From Octopus vulgaris (taxonomy: Eukaryota): DNA of 64,000 nt. The translations under genes were made by a program, and so were the position numbers. The stretch covers positions 63,054,001-63,118,000 of the forward strand of contig OX597817.1 of the NCBI GenBank assembly GCA_951406725.2. Reading direction: 5' to 3'. The notes under the pieces were generated by a model. It searched no databases, was not told the DNA's origin, and saw nothing but the letters and a program-made list of their open reading frames with translations. Below, in pieces: positions 39,261 to 52,959 of the stretch (the first letter of the stretch is position 1; every line of letters begins with the position of its first letter).

Positions 39261-39623
39261 AGCGTAAGAACACTATTAAGAATAAGTTTTAAAGTAAACC
39301 TCTACGTTGAAATAATGGGAACTATTCAGTTACTGGACACGGGCTAAGGTTTTAGATTGATATCAGTTTGGGGAACTTAGTTATGTAACTAACTGCCCAT
39401 GCACGAATCTTCATAAACTGCGCTTCACAAAACACGAAGGGACACGGAAAATTAGAGAATCATAATTAAAAGCCATTAATAGCATTGTGAAAATGTGTAA
39501 CATATTCCAGAGGTTTAGTCAGAAATAATGCAGGTACATAAATGTAAAAATACAAATTGCATATGATGTATATATACATATGTCAACACGTGTAGATCAA
39601 CACATGCAACGTTATCCATGTTT

Positions 39624-39662
<39 letters not shown>

Positions 39663-39839
39663 TTCAAATATATATAGACATATATACATACATACATACA
39701 TACATATAAATATCCTTTCTGCTATTTCGCAATAATCCTTTCTGCCATTTAAAATAAATGCGAGCTCACCAGGATCACATACATATAAATATTTACACAC
39801 ACACACACATCTATACATGCAGAGATACATCCATATGCA

Positions 39840-40280
39840 TAAACACACACACATACATAGATACATACACACACACATACATACATACATACATACATAC
39901 ATACATACATACATACATACATACATTACATACATACATATATACATGCATGATGCATACAGACAGATAGATAGACATAAATGCATGCATGCATACATAC
40001 ATACATACATACATACATAAGTACATACATGCATACATACATACATGCATGCATGCATACATACATACATACATACATGCATGCATGCATACATACATAC
40101 ATACATGCATGCATGCATGCATACAGACAGACATACATACATGCATACATACATACATGCATGCATGCATACAGACAGATAGATAGACATAAATGCATGC
40201 ATACATACATACATACATACATACATACATACATACATACATACATACATACATACATACATGCATACATACATACATAC
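39840..40280. repeat. (TACA)n/(TGCA)n compound microsatellite
   Basis: Seen directly. Confidence 0.95.
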
Positions 40281-41157
40281 GTAGGTACATATTGATATGA
40301 CATGCAGCTTGACTTCAAAACGACCGACACATATTTTAAATACGTTCAACAAGATTCAAGAACCAACAAGACGCAATAATAAATAACTAGAAACAAGACC
40401 CAACATGACATTTTAAAAGAGATGATATTGCAATCAATTACTCCTTGCTTCCCCCTCAATGTTTTATTCATGCAAAATGATTTCATATTCGCCTTTATAT
40501 CTTTGAGTAAACAAGTCATCCATTTGATCGATCCAAGGGAAGTAACCCATTGTTTCCAATCCACAAAAGAGACTAATGGTGGCTACAACGCGGCTCTTTG
40601 ATTGTTTATATGTGACACTTTGTTAATATGTAGCTCTTTGACTGTTAATGTATGTGGAGCTGGTAGAACTGTTACAACGCAGGTTCACAATGCTTAGCGG
40701 GATTTCGTCCGTTTGTACGTTCTGAGGTCAATTTCCACTGAATTCGACTTAGCCTTTCATCCTTTCAGAGTCGATAAAATAAATACTAGTAGAGCACTGG
40801 AGCCTATATAATCGACTTAAACCACCACCACTACAGGATTGTTGGCTTTGTACTAAAATTTGAAACCAATATATGTAGCTCATGAAAATATGTTGGCCAA
40901 GCTCTCTCTTTTTTTTATCACAGTTAATATAAAAGCTTTTGAAAAAAATTCAACCTATATAATTATCTATTGGGTATGAATTAAAACGAAAAGCTTTTCT
41001 TGCCTTTGCGAGAAGGGAGACCGGCATTCTCTAAATAAGTATCCAGACTGTTACCAAAAACACGTTAAGTGAAGCTGTTTTGCACAGATTGACCTTGATA
41101 GAATATGTGCCAATAATGTTTAGATAGAATATGATTGATAGAATATGTGCAATCAAG

Positions 41158-42125
41158 GCACAAACCTGGCAGACACGTTAGCACGCCGGGCGAAATGCTT
41201 AGCGGTATTTCGTCTGCCGTTACGTTCTGAGTTCAAATTCCGCCGAGGTCAACTTTGCCTTTCATCCTTTCGGAGTCGATTAAATAAGTACCAGTTACGC
41301 ACTGGGGTCGATGTAATCGACTTAATCCCTTTGTCTGTCCTTGTTTGTCCCCTCTGTGTTTAGCCCATTGTGGGTAGTAAAGAAATAGGTATTTCGTTTG
41401 CCGCTACGTTCTGAGTTCAAATTCCGCCGAGGACGACTTTGCTTTTCATCCTTTCGGGGTCGATTAAATAAGTACCAGTTACGCACTGGGGTCGATGTAA
41501 TTGACTTAATCCCTTTGTCTGTCCTTGTTTATCCCCTCTGTGTTTAGCCCCTTGTGGGTAGTAAAGAAATAGGTATTTCGTTTGCCGCTACGTTCTGAGT
41601 TCAAATTCCGCCGAGGACGACTCTGCTTTTCATTCTTTCGTGGTCGATTAAATAAGTACCAGTTACGCACTGGGGTCGATACAATCGACTTAATCCCTTT
41701 GTCTGTCCTTGTTTGTCCCCTCTGTGTTTAGCCCCTTGTGGGTAGTAAAGAAATAGGTATTTCGTTTGCCGCTACGTTCTGAGTTCAAATTCCGCCGAGG
41801 TCGACTTTGCCTTTCATCCTTTCGGGGTCGATTAAATAAGTACCAGTTACGCACTGGGGTCGATGTAATCGACTTAATCTCTTTGTCTGTCCATGTTTGT
41901 CCCCTCTGTGTTTAGCCCATTGTGGGTAGTAAAGAAATAGGTATTTCGTTTGCCGCTACGTTCTGAGTTCAAATTCCGCCGAGGTCGACTTTGCTTTTCA
42001 TCCTTTCGGGGTCGATTAAATAAGTACCAGTTACGCACTGGGGTCGATGTAATCGACTTAATCCCTTTGTCTGTCCTTGTTTGTCCCCGCTGTGTGTAGC
42101 TCCTTGTGGGCAGTAAAGAAATAAG
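41158..42125 (+). mobile_element. Family B SINE with five 184-bp internal tandem units
   Basis: gtatttcg recurs at 41205, 41389, 41573, 41757 and 41941. Confidence 0.92.
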
Positions 42126-44329
42126 AGCATGAGCCAATAATCGTAGAGTTTCCTGCTTGAACAACCTGAACGGATGAATTGTTTAAAGTGATCAAATGTT
42201 TGTGCTGTACATTAAGCTCACACACTTCATCAAATCGTTATTACCTGTATAGGGGTACAGTGTGCCACATCTCGAATGTTGAAGTGATCGCAGAACAATG
42301 TGACGTGAAGTATTTTACTCAAGAACACAAACACACCAACCGGGAATCGAAACTACGATCTTGTGAACATGAGTGCAACATCCTAAACACTAGTGTATGC
42401 GGACCCATAAGCACCAAGGATACACTTATGTTAATAGGGATTGCCGCAGATGGGATACACTTGATCGTACATAGACCTGCTCGATATAGATCAAACCAGT
42501 GCTAAACAACACAACAGCGACAGCAGAGAGAATACAAGAAATGCGACATAGGATATGCAATTTTGATCCACTGAGGGTTATTATGGTCGCAAACAAGTCT
42601 ATGGTTAAGAAGCACGCTCCATAATCACGTGAGTCAAAGTTTGATTCGTCTGTGCGACAGCTCGAGCATGTCTTCTATAATAGCAACAGGTTGGTTGGTA
42701 CAAGCTGTATGAGTGAAATTATATGTACAAAACAAATCGTGCGAAATCCTATCAAATGAATTGTGCCGAACGTGGTTTAACATCACCAGTGGACTTTACA
42801 TTCCTTCAACAAAAATCCCTGCTGTTATAAGCACTGGGACCAGATTCCCAATCCGAGGATAATTTCTATATGCTAATGCGATACTTTCTACTGCAGTGAC
42901 ACGAAGAGCAGGGTTTCTTCTTTCACTTTTCTTTTTCTTACCAGTTTGGGAGCCCAGTAAAAAAAAAATTTTTTTTAAAAAAAGAGAAGAAAAAATGGAG
43001 AAAAACGTCGTGAACTCTGCCCCTTCCTGCTCTCACTAAGCGATATCTTTTTGGTTTTTGCTGTTTTTTGTTTTATTTCGTTTTTTTTTTTGTAAATTAC
43101 TCCTGGCCTAGTGGTTACGTTGTTCGGCTCAACATCATAATATGGATTCAATTCCTGGACAGGGTGGAATGTCGTACGCTTCAGCAAGGCACTTTATTTT
43201 ACATTGTTCCACTCAATTCATTTGGAAATGAGTGGCAGTTAGAAGCTGAAGCATCTCTCTATATTTTGCTCTCTCTCTCTCTCTCTCTCACTCACTCTCT
43301 CTCTCTCACTCACTCACTCACTCTCCCTCTTTCCCTCCCTCCTGCCGTCACATCCTGTATGTGTTACCGAATCAGAGTGAGTAGAACGACAAAACGTCTT
43401 CATACGCTAGCGACTACGTAAGCACTTAAAGCAATTAGCGAAAGTATATAGAACATGCTTATCAAGCCACAATCGCTGACGAGTGATGGCTAGCTGTACT
43501 ATACAGTACTACCCACTCATGTGAAACCATATAACTAACATCAATTACGCGTCTAATGCATCAATAATATTAATATTCTAATATGAATTTGGAAAGAACA
43601 TCGCCCTTCCCAGTATTCAATTTCTTTCCTCATGAAATTAGAGGACTTTGTGTCAGACGAGACAGAAACATATTTGTAAGATGTAGTTTATGCGTATCAT
43701 CTTTTCAGTATATGAATTGATCAAAGCGAATGAAGTGAAGACAGATTTTACGAGTAAACACTACCTTGCCACAACCACTATTGTTGGACGAAGCTAAAAC
43801 GATCAGATATTTTTACAAAGTACATTTTCAATACATCACTAACATTTTCATATCATTTACCGCCTATCATTCATCAATATACACACAAACATATACAAAT
43901 ATACATCATCTCTCTCCTTCTCTCTCTCTCTCTCTTTCTCTCCCCCTCTCCCTCTCTCTCACATACACAGCTAACGACACGTACAGACTTGAAAATATTG
44001 TCTAATACGTATGTGTGTATTTACATAATCAAGTATGTAATATTCGTGTGTGCATGTCTGTCTGTTTATCTATCTATCTATTTATCTACCTATCTGTCTG
44101 TCTGCCTATCATGTGTGTGTGTGTACACACACACACAGACACATATATATATATTAAAAATGGAGACGGCCGGTTTATGGGATTGCCTTAGGCTTCCCCT
44201 TCATAAAGAGTTTAGCTTTATGGCGTATTGTCAGATCCCAAAAGCCTGTTGGCCCAAGATTTTAAAAATATGGAGGGAGAAATGCCTCATTACTCAAAGG
44301 AAACAACTGGGAATTTGCTATTGACTATC

Positions 44330-44654
44330 GACTTCCGTCTGTGCCGCCATCTTGCAGGCTCCAGACAGCTAGCAGGAACCTCCTGAAATGTAAATATAAC
44401 CCAAAAATCTCCGTTCTGTAGTAAAGGATGTTCCCTGGTTCGGGTGAATTTACCTCAATAGACGTCACTGATTGGTTGAAATTACCGAAATACAAGAAAT
44501 TAAACAACAAATAGCTTACAAACTACAGAATTTTCTCAAGAAAGCCAAGAGAAAAAGATGTTTTATAAACACATTCTACCAGTATACGAAGTTTAAAAGT
44601 GTTTAGTTACAAATAAATTATTTTAAAAATCTGCTGGTCAAAGTGAAAAGATCC
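44330..44654. mobile_element. End of a DNA transposon related to the 47532-49175 element
   Basis: acacattctaccagtatacgaagttt..gaaaagatcc shared with 49100-49175. Confidence 0.6.
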
Positions 44655-44672
44655 GCATATTTTAATTGCCTC

Positions 44673-44733
44673 GATGACTGAAGAGATGCCGGTGCAGGTT
44701 TCCGCCCCGACATTCGAGACTCGGAGTTTTATC
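44673..44733 (+). ncRNA. Degenerate type-I hammerhead motif
   Basis: GATGA-CTGAAGA-GATGCCGG..CCGACATTC-GAGA-C-TCGGA-GT-T-TTATC; GAAA mutated to GAGA. Confidence 0.45.
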
Positions 44734-45004
44734 ATGCCAAGCGAGTAATTGTCACATATTATATTTCAATACATAACTAACATTTTCAGCTGGCGGGGGT
44801 GATTGCCTCCCCTTTGCAAATATAAGGACACAGAAAATGTGTCAAAGCCGACAGGAGACGTCGATGTTTCCTAGGGCTAAATGGCGGTGATGTAATTCCC
44901 TTACAGGACTGTCACATTGAGTTGACGGTATACGACCACTATATCGCTCCACCACCGCTTATGTCTCTCTGAGACATTTAGAAATTCAATATTTCTAATA
45001 TTGA

Positions 45005-45072
<68 letters not shown>

Positions 45073-45080
<8 letters not shown>

Positions 45081-45268
45081 ATTCGAGACAAAACCACTAC
45101 TTTATAATTTATATTAAAATTTTATGTATTGATTAATTCTTTCCTTGTTTGATTTGTAAAGTAGTGGTTTTGTCTCGAATTATTTTATATAATATTTTAA
45201 TATAAAATTGGATTTAACCCAAAATCTGATTTTTCCCTGTAAATTTGGATTCATTCCCTAATATTTAT

Positions 45269-45273
<5 letters not shown>
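45073..45273 (+). mobile_element. PLE-derived insert with inverted 5' segment, same family as 26411-26880
   Basis: 45073-45104 is inverted at 45157-45188; 3' tail is the reverse complement of 26411-26480. Confidence 0.65.
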
Positions 45274-45307
<34 letters not shown>

Positions 45308-45367
45308 AGTATATATATGTTTGTGTGTATGTTTATATATACATACATGTATATATATTTATGTGTC

Positions 45368-45422
<55 letters not shown>

Positions 45423-46032
45423 CACATACACGCATAAATGCAAACATGTGTGACTTTTATGTGCCTGTGTAGTTGTGGACGTGTGTGTGTGTACATATGT
45501 TCATATATACACTCGCGCACACAAATACATGCATACACACATACATTCATAATTGTCAAAGATGTTACCTTAACCGCCTTCGTACTATCTTCTTCCCTTC
45601 AACACACATACACACAAGCTGATATACATATCGTGACGGATACAAATACACTCACTGACACATTTCCTCATACGCTCCAGTAGACCTGCAGACATATACA
45701 TACATACATACATACGTAAAACACAAACATTATAATATGAGATCGGTATGTGTTGAGAGCATGCTATGATTAAAAGTATACTGTAAAGAAAGCAAAATCC
45801 AGAAAATTGGCAGATATATGTCGATATTGATTATAATGAAAGACGTACCAGAGAACAGAAAAACAGCGGTGATGATATGTAATTAGAAAGACAAGCGTGT
45901 GTGAAATAGAGTTACATTATATTTAGCCATATAACAGGAAGTATAAATGTAGAGTTGTAGCATGTAAATGTATGCATAAACACACTCACGCACACTTATG
46001 GACATACCTAATTATATATCCATGTGTATGTA

Positions 46033-46076
<44 letters not shown>

Positions 46077-46297
46077 TGTATGTATATGTATAAATATACA
46101 TAATATACATATATGTATATGCGTGTATGTATGCATAAACATACTCACACACACTTATGGACATACCTAATTATATATATATATATGTATGTATATGTAT
46201 AAATATACATAATATATATATATATATACGTATATCCAACTATTTTACCGCTCTCTCTCTCACTCACCCACTCTCTCTCTCTCTCTCACTCACCCAC

Positions 46298-46332
<35 letters not shown>

Positions 46333-46390
46333 ACATATATATATATGCGTATATCCAACTATTTTACCGCTCTCTCTCTCACTCACCCAC

Positions 46391-46427
<37 letters not shown>

Positions 46428-46445
46428 ACATATATATATATATAA

Positions 46446-49400
46446 GTGTAGGACAAAAGCCCCCTAGACAAAAGCCCCACGGACAAAAGCCCCTCGGACA
46501 AAAGCCCCTCGGACAAACGCCCCATAGTTGAAGTGTAAGAGTGGACAAAAACCGCCCCAGTTATATTTTTCGATTATTTTTCGTCTTTTTGTTTTTTTCA
46601 CCTTTTAATTGTTTCAGTCATTAGACTGCGGTCATACTGGAGCACCGCCTTGAAGAATTTTTATTTGAACGTATCGAACCCAGATTTTTTTTCCTTTTTA
46701 CTTGTTACGGTTATTAGAATGAGGTCATGCTGCGGCACCACCTTGAAGAATTTTTAGTCGAATGTAACGATCCCAGAATTTTTTTAATGATTTTCAACCA
46801 GCGTATGAAGTTAAACCTAGAAGGTATCTCTACGTGCTAGAAATAACAGTCAAATAACTTCAATTCCTTTTTTATAACACCCTCGGTTTCCATTATTTTC
46901 TAAAAATCTTTTTACTTGTTTCAGTCATTGGACTGCGGCCATACTGTGGTACCAGCTTGAAGAATTTTTTGCTCGAAGAAAAATCAGCATTTTAAAATAT
47001 ATATCTTTTGTTTTCTTCTCTCAGCACTTACAGATTAATGAAAATAAGTTGACCTTTTGAACTTTCTCCAGCCGTTGAATGTCTAACTGAAGGCTAGTCA
47101 TTCAAATGTACTTCTTATCGTTTGCCTAAATAGGGAGCCGGGTGTTTCTCCATAGAAATGACAAATACTGGTTTTTGTGAAGAAAAAACATGTCAGAGAC
47201 ATGTGTAATATTTACTTTCATTTTATGTGTGTATATATAGTCATTCAAACTTAGTCTTATCGTTTTTATATTTCTCCACATATGCTTTCCCTTTTGTTAG
47301 AATTCAGACAATATGTACATTGAGTAGTAAAGGATCTTGCTTCCTGTTATTCTATTATTGATGTTAAGGTGGATTTATTTTCGTTTTCAAATTTTGAAAT
47401 CATTCTAAAAGCGGGGAAATAATTTAAACATACGGAACATAGCATTGTGAGGGACATAGATGTTTTAATACCGTTTTTCGATTGAATATACTTTGTTTAC
47501 TTCAAAATTGGAATTTAGGACGATCCTTTTTGGATCTTTTCTTTTTGAAAGCCAGATTTTTCAGATTTTTCTAGTTAACTAAATAATTTGAAACTTCGTA
47601 TACTGGTAGAATGTGTCAAAAGAAAACAATAATTTCAACTAGTTTTTATGACAAAAATGTATTTTATAAGTTTATACGTAGTTTAAATCTGCGAATTTTA
47701 ACCAATCGTATTCTCTGTATTGAGTTGAAATTATTTGCTTCATCTAAACATATTGTTACTGTGACGTAAACAGCACACACGTACTGTTTACTTTGGATGA
47801 ATAATAAATACATATTCAGTGTTTTTGTATAGGCTTCGAGTGTTTTCTTTATACAATGTATATATTTACTATAAACTTGTGCACACGCTTTGATTCTTCA
47901 GTTTGACACATGCCTTGAACCGGTTATTTGGCTTGTATGCACCCACATACACACATGTACCCATCCATACGCATACTCGCACATAATCAGGGCCCCTCTG
48001 CGTTTTCGCTCGTCGATGTGCTAGGAATAACACCCAAATCCGCTTAAAACCATATACTACTTGGTTAAAGGAAGGGTACATTGGCTAATATAATCATAGA
48101 TGCTATATCTGAAAAAAAAGGGGGGGCGCAAAAATACGGGTTGGTCATAGTTGGAACCCTTTGATCCTCAACCGGGTTTATCAGGATGACCTGAGTTAAA
48201 TAGCAATAACAATATATTTGTAATATTGATTATAGACACAAAGCATATATTTTGGGGTGAGTGGAGGGTATAATCATTTATATCGATCTCCAATATCGAA
48301 GAACAGACGGCTTGTTTTGAATTCCGGTGAGGGTTGAAACCTGAACGTATAAGACCGTATCCCTAAACATTCTAACAGTCCTTTACCAAGCCCTTGTCAG
48401 CATGTAATATCATCTGATCCACATTATCTCTCTATTATTTGTCCACGCGTAAAAATATATAAGTTAAACTTCGACGAAAAATATAATGTAAAGCTGGCAG
48501 AATCGGTAGTTCATCGGATAAAATGCCTAGCGTCATTTCTTACGACTCTTTACGTTCCGTGTTCGAATATTGCTGAGCTTTCCTTCTTTCGGGCGGCGCT
48601 TATAGAATAAGTACCAGTTGAATACAATCGACTAGTTCTTCCCATCAGCTTCAGGCCTTGTACTTACTGGGGAAAGAAATATTATTAAGGGAGTGGGTGG
48701 GCAGTTAAAATGTTTTAAAACGTGGATTTTTCAGAAAAATAAGATTTAATGCGAATTACATGTATTTTAGAGTGACGTAAATTACCGAAACCCCTCCAAA
48801 AATTTACCATCGAAATTTCATTTTATTCTCGACAGCTATTTCGAAAGCCCGCCGTATTTTTATTATTATTCTGTCTGTTTAGGACTTTGTTATATGGGAC
48901 GGTGATGTTTACGTTTTAGATACGTTAACTATGTCACAAAATAGCTGTTTACGTCACAGTAACAATATTTTGAGAAGCAGTAAATAATATGAGGCCGAAA
49001 GAAAGAATATCATTGGTTAAAATTCGAATTTTTAAACAACGTTAAACTTAGAAATTACAATTCCGTTTTCATTTTGGTTTACAATAATGTTTTCTTTTGA
49101 CACATTCTACCAGTATACGAAGTTTCAAATTGTTTAGTTAACTAGGAAAATCTGGCTTTCAAAAGGAAAAGATCCTAGTTTTTTTCTTTTTCTTTACAAC
49201 CGCTATTTCTGTTTTTATTTACATGAAATTATTATTTTTAATGTTTGTAAGGTTTGACTGTTATTTCTAACATGTGGAGAGATCTTCTAGGCTTAAGTTT
49301 ATGTGCTGGTTGAAAATCACTTAAAAAGATTCTGGGGTCGATACATTCGACTAAAAAGTTTTGAAAGCGGTGCCCCAGCATGGCCGGCCGCAGTCTAATA

Positions 49401-49521
49401 ACTGTAACAAGTAAAAGCAATTCTGGGGTCGATACATTCAACTAAAAATTCTAAAAACGAAAATGTAACCGAAAAATATAACCATGGGGCCTTTGTCCAA
49501 GGGGGCTTTTGTCTGGACCCC
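46446..49521. mobile_element. MULE-like non-autonomous element with subterminal repeats
   Basis: Left tandem ggacaaaagcccc x5; right inverted ggggcctttgtcc/gggggcttttgtc; no transposase seen. Confidence 0.55.
47532..49175. mobile_element. Nested non-autonomous DNA element with ~245-bp imperfect TIRs
   Basis: ggatcttttc..ttactgtgacgtaaacagc (47532-47775) is inverted at ~48944-49175. Confidence 0.75.
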
Positions 49522-49527
49522 TATATG

Positions 49528-49596
<69 letters not shown>

Positions 49597-50310
49597 CAGG
49601 GTGGGTGGAAAGTAACTAGGCATTTAGTCATTAGAAATTGCTTATAGACTTTTTAGTATCACTGAAGTCATGACGAAAACATTTTTGTTATTTTCTTATT
49701 GTCTTGTTTCTTATTTCTTCTTTTCTCGATGGTCGGTCGCTTGACTGCTCAGGAACGAGCGAAGATAGCAGCACGCTATGAAGCGTGGAATTCTATTGTT
49801 TTGGTTCAGAGATGGTGGCGTGCATGGAAAAACACAGCGCGCAAAAATCAACACATCAAGCAGCTCGTGAAAGTGGATTATCAAGACAGACAATACGTGC
49901 GGTGTCGCATAAAGAATTGAATTTTCGTCCGTGGAAACCTTATTACGTACAGGAACTAAAACCTGAAGACTGTGACGGCAGAAGTCCAGAAGCCCAGAAA
50001 TCCAGATCTCACTCCATGTGACTTTTACCCGTGGAGTTACACAAAAGAGGTGTACAAGACAAAACCTCGCTCACTGGAGAACTTGGAGGTTCTCAATGAT
50101 ATCCCACACGACGTCCTTCAGAAGGTTGTTCATTCCATCCCTGGCCGTTTGAGGAAACTGATTGACGCCACCGGTGCTTACGTTGAAATATGAAGATTTA
50201 CTTTCATTTTCCCATGTAATAAAGGTCTTGTATCATTCGTTTCAATAAATTTGTAAAAGGAATATGGATTTTATTACCAATATTTAATGCCTACTTACTT
50301 TCCACCCTCC

Positions 50311-50312
<2 letters not shown>
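49597..50312 (+). mobile_element. Internally deleted rosa/DD41D-like Tc1-mariner element
   Basis: TIR cagggtgggtggaaagtaactaggcatt / aatgcctacttactttccaccctcct; PRNPDLTPCDFYPWSY..RLRKLIDATGAYVE. Confidence 0.8.
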
Positions 50313-50365
<53 letters not shown>

Positions 50366-50899
50366 CGCCTACAAAGCAGTATTGAATAAAATATATTACT
50401 GCAAAGTCATATTTAACACCTTCAAGTACATTCGGATGAGAGAAAACCTGCCGCTGCAGAAAATTCTCCTCAAAGATAAAATGTGTAAAGACACATACTG
50501 GACTGCGAATTATATCATTCGATAGTAGAACGTGTGCGTTTCTGCATTTTTCTTTTCACTTTGTCGGCCACAAACACCAAATTTGACATTGATATATTGA
50601 TAAGAACGAGTTCGTTCTTATAAGAAAAGCATATAATATGCTTTGTGATTTATATAAAGTTTGGTCAAGCTAGAGCTAAATAAGTCACATGAAGCAGCGT
50701 TGAATAAAATATATCTGTGCACAATCATATTTGACACATTCAAGTGCATTCGAACGGAAGAAGACCTGCCGTTGCAGAATTAGAACCGGGATAAAAGTGT
50801 CCTCGTAAGTAGCATATGTGAAAATAAATATTGAGCTGTGAATAACGGACTATACATACGTATAGTCAACTATACATGTTGAATCGTTAGCTCCTGCAC

Positions 50900-51082
50900 G
50901 CATTTTTTTTCTCTCCTTGTTTCTCTCCGTGTTTCTTTTCTGTGTATCTTTCTGTTGAAGAGCGTAGGCTCGAAACGTAAAAGACTTGTTTTATTTCTAT
51001 TCCTGAGCGTCACACCAATACAATTGTTTGTTTGTACTCCACCTGCCTTCGTCTTTTGTTTATTTTCGTAAAGCTTCTCGTT
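50900..51082 (+). mobile_element. Solo PLE pLTR fragment with HHR-like motif (50947-50984)
   Basis: tctttCTGTTGA-A-GAGCgtagGCTC-GAAACGTA-aaaga; 5-bp stem I. Confidence 0.7.
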
Positions 51083-51485
51083 ATACATACGTATAGGTAC
51101 ATTGGTAAACATACTGTATAATGTTCTAATAAGAATGAAGTATCTTTTATTAGGTTATGAATGACAGATTTAGAGTTCGTAATTGTACACATGAAAGTAC
51201 TCAGAAACGCATATATACCACAAACCTATGACGTTATTTATAGCACAATAAATGTTTTCACATATTTGTGGTCAATGAGAGGAAGTTTCTCCTTAAAACA
51301 TTTCCGCAGCGGAAGGTTTTCTCAAGTCCGAATAAACTCGAACATATTAAGTGTGGCTTTTCAAAAATATTGGGTAGTGAGATAGATAGGAAGATACATA
51401 CAAAAATAAAGATATATATTTATGCATATATTATATATGCATATATATATGTGTATATTTGTATATATATATATATACACGCACA

Positions 51486-51561
<76 letters not shown>

Positions 51562-51943
51562 CATACATATTTATACATATACAGGTATATACATATACAT
51601 CTATATACATACACACGCATACAGATACACACACAAACACATACATACATAGATACATGCATGTGTGCGTGCGTGCGTGCATGCGTGTATGTGTGTGTGT
51701 ATGGCTGCTGGATGTCAAAGAATGTATATGAATACCTAAAAGAACTGTGAGCGTAGAAACACGATGCAAATCGTAAATCAAAAAATTCTCATTTAGAATT
51801 AATTGCCTAAATGCTCATTACTGTCAGTAAGGAATTCAAATGCATTCAGTTTGAAAAAAAAGTCATTTGTGCACTGCTACATGCTTATAGTACATGACAG
51901 CAGGTTATCTTTTTCTTCAGTAATGTTGTGTATAGATGATACG

Positions 51944-52340
51944 GTGGAGGCGCAATGGCCCAGTGGTTAGGGCAGCGGACTCGCGGTCATAGGATTGCGG
52001 TTTCGATTCCCAGACCGAGCGTTGTGAGTGTTTATTGAGCGAAAACACCTAAAGCTCCACGAGGCTCCGGCAGGGGATGGTGGTGATCCCTGCTGTACTC
52101 TTTCACCACAACTTTCTCTCACTCTCACTCTTACTTCCTGTTTCTGTTGTACCTGTATTTCAAAGGGCCGGCCTTGTCACTCTCTGTGTCACGCTGAATA
52201 TCCCCGAGAACTACGTTAAGGGTACGCGTGTCTGTGGAGTGCTCAGCCACTTACACGTTAATTTCACAAGCAGGCTGTTCCGTTGATTCGGATCAACCGG
52301 AACCCTCGTCGTCGTAACCGACGGAGTGCTTCCATCCAAC
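51944..52340 (+). mobile_element. tRNA-Arg-derived SINE (octopus OR-type), tail type 1
   Basis: tRNA-like head ggcgcaatggcccagtggttagggcagcggacTCGcgg..gtttcgattcc. Confidence 0.8.
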
Positions 52341-52432
52341 CATAAATGATACAGAATGCCACATTATGTACTCGGTGTCAATAATAATATTCGTGAGAAG
52401 AATATCACTAAACGGAATGACAAAATATATAT

Positions 52433-52806
52433 AGGTGCAGAAGTGGCTGTGTGGTAAGTAGCTTGCTTACCAATCATATGGTTCCGGGTTCAGTCCCACT
52501 GTGGCAAGTGTCTTCTACTATAGCCTCAGACCGACCAAAACCTTGTGAGTGGATTTGGTAGACAGAAACTGAAAGACGCCCGTCGTATATATGTATATAT
52601 ATATAAATGCATGTGTGTGTGTGTCCCCAAGATTGCTTGGCAACCAATGCTGGTGTGTTTACGTCCCCGTAACTTAGCGGTTCGGCAAAGAGGCCGATAG
52701 AATTAGTACTAGGCTTACAAAGAATAAGTCCTAGGGTCGATTTGCTCGACTAAAGGCGGTGTTCCAGCATGGCCGCAGTCAAAATGACTGAAACAAGTAA
52801 AAGAGT
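52433..52806 (+). mobile_element. Family A SINE, near full length
   Basis: Head, body and tail atgactgaaacaagtaaaagagta. Confidence 0.88.
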
Positions 52807-52959
52807 ATACGTAGACACAAACACACATACACACACACACACACACACATACATGTATATGTATTCACAGACACACGCACGCACACATAAGGCTGGGTCA
52901 TGCTGGAGCACCGCATTTCAGTGTGTTTGATTTTCTTTTCTGTAGTGTTTTAGATGAAG

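Noticed and set aside
40346-40564. 72-aa minus ORF in unique sequence
   Set aside because: No recognisable homology or splice context
51944-52020. tRNA-Arg gene (also 54168-54245)
   Set aside because: Continues into a SINE body with no poly-T terminator; it is a SINE head
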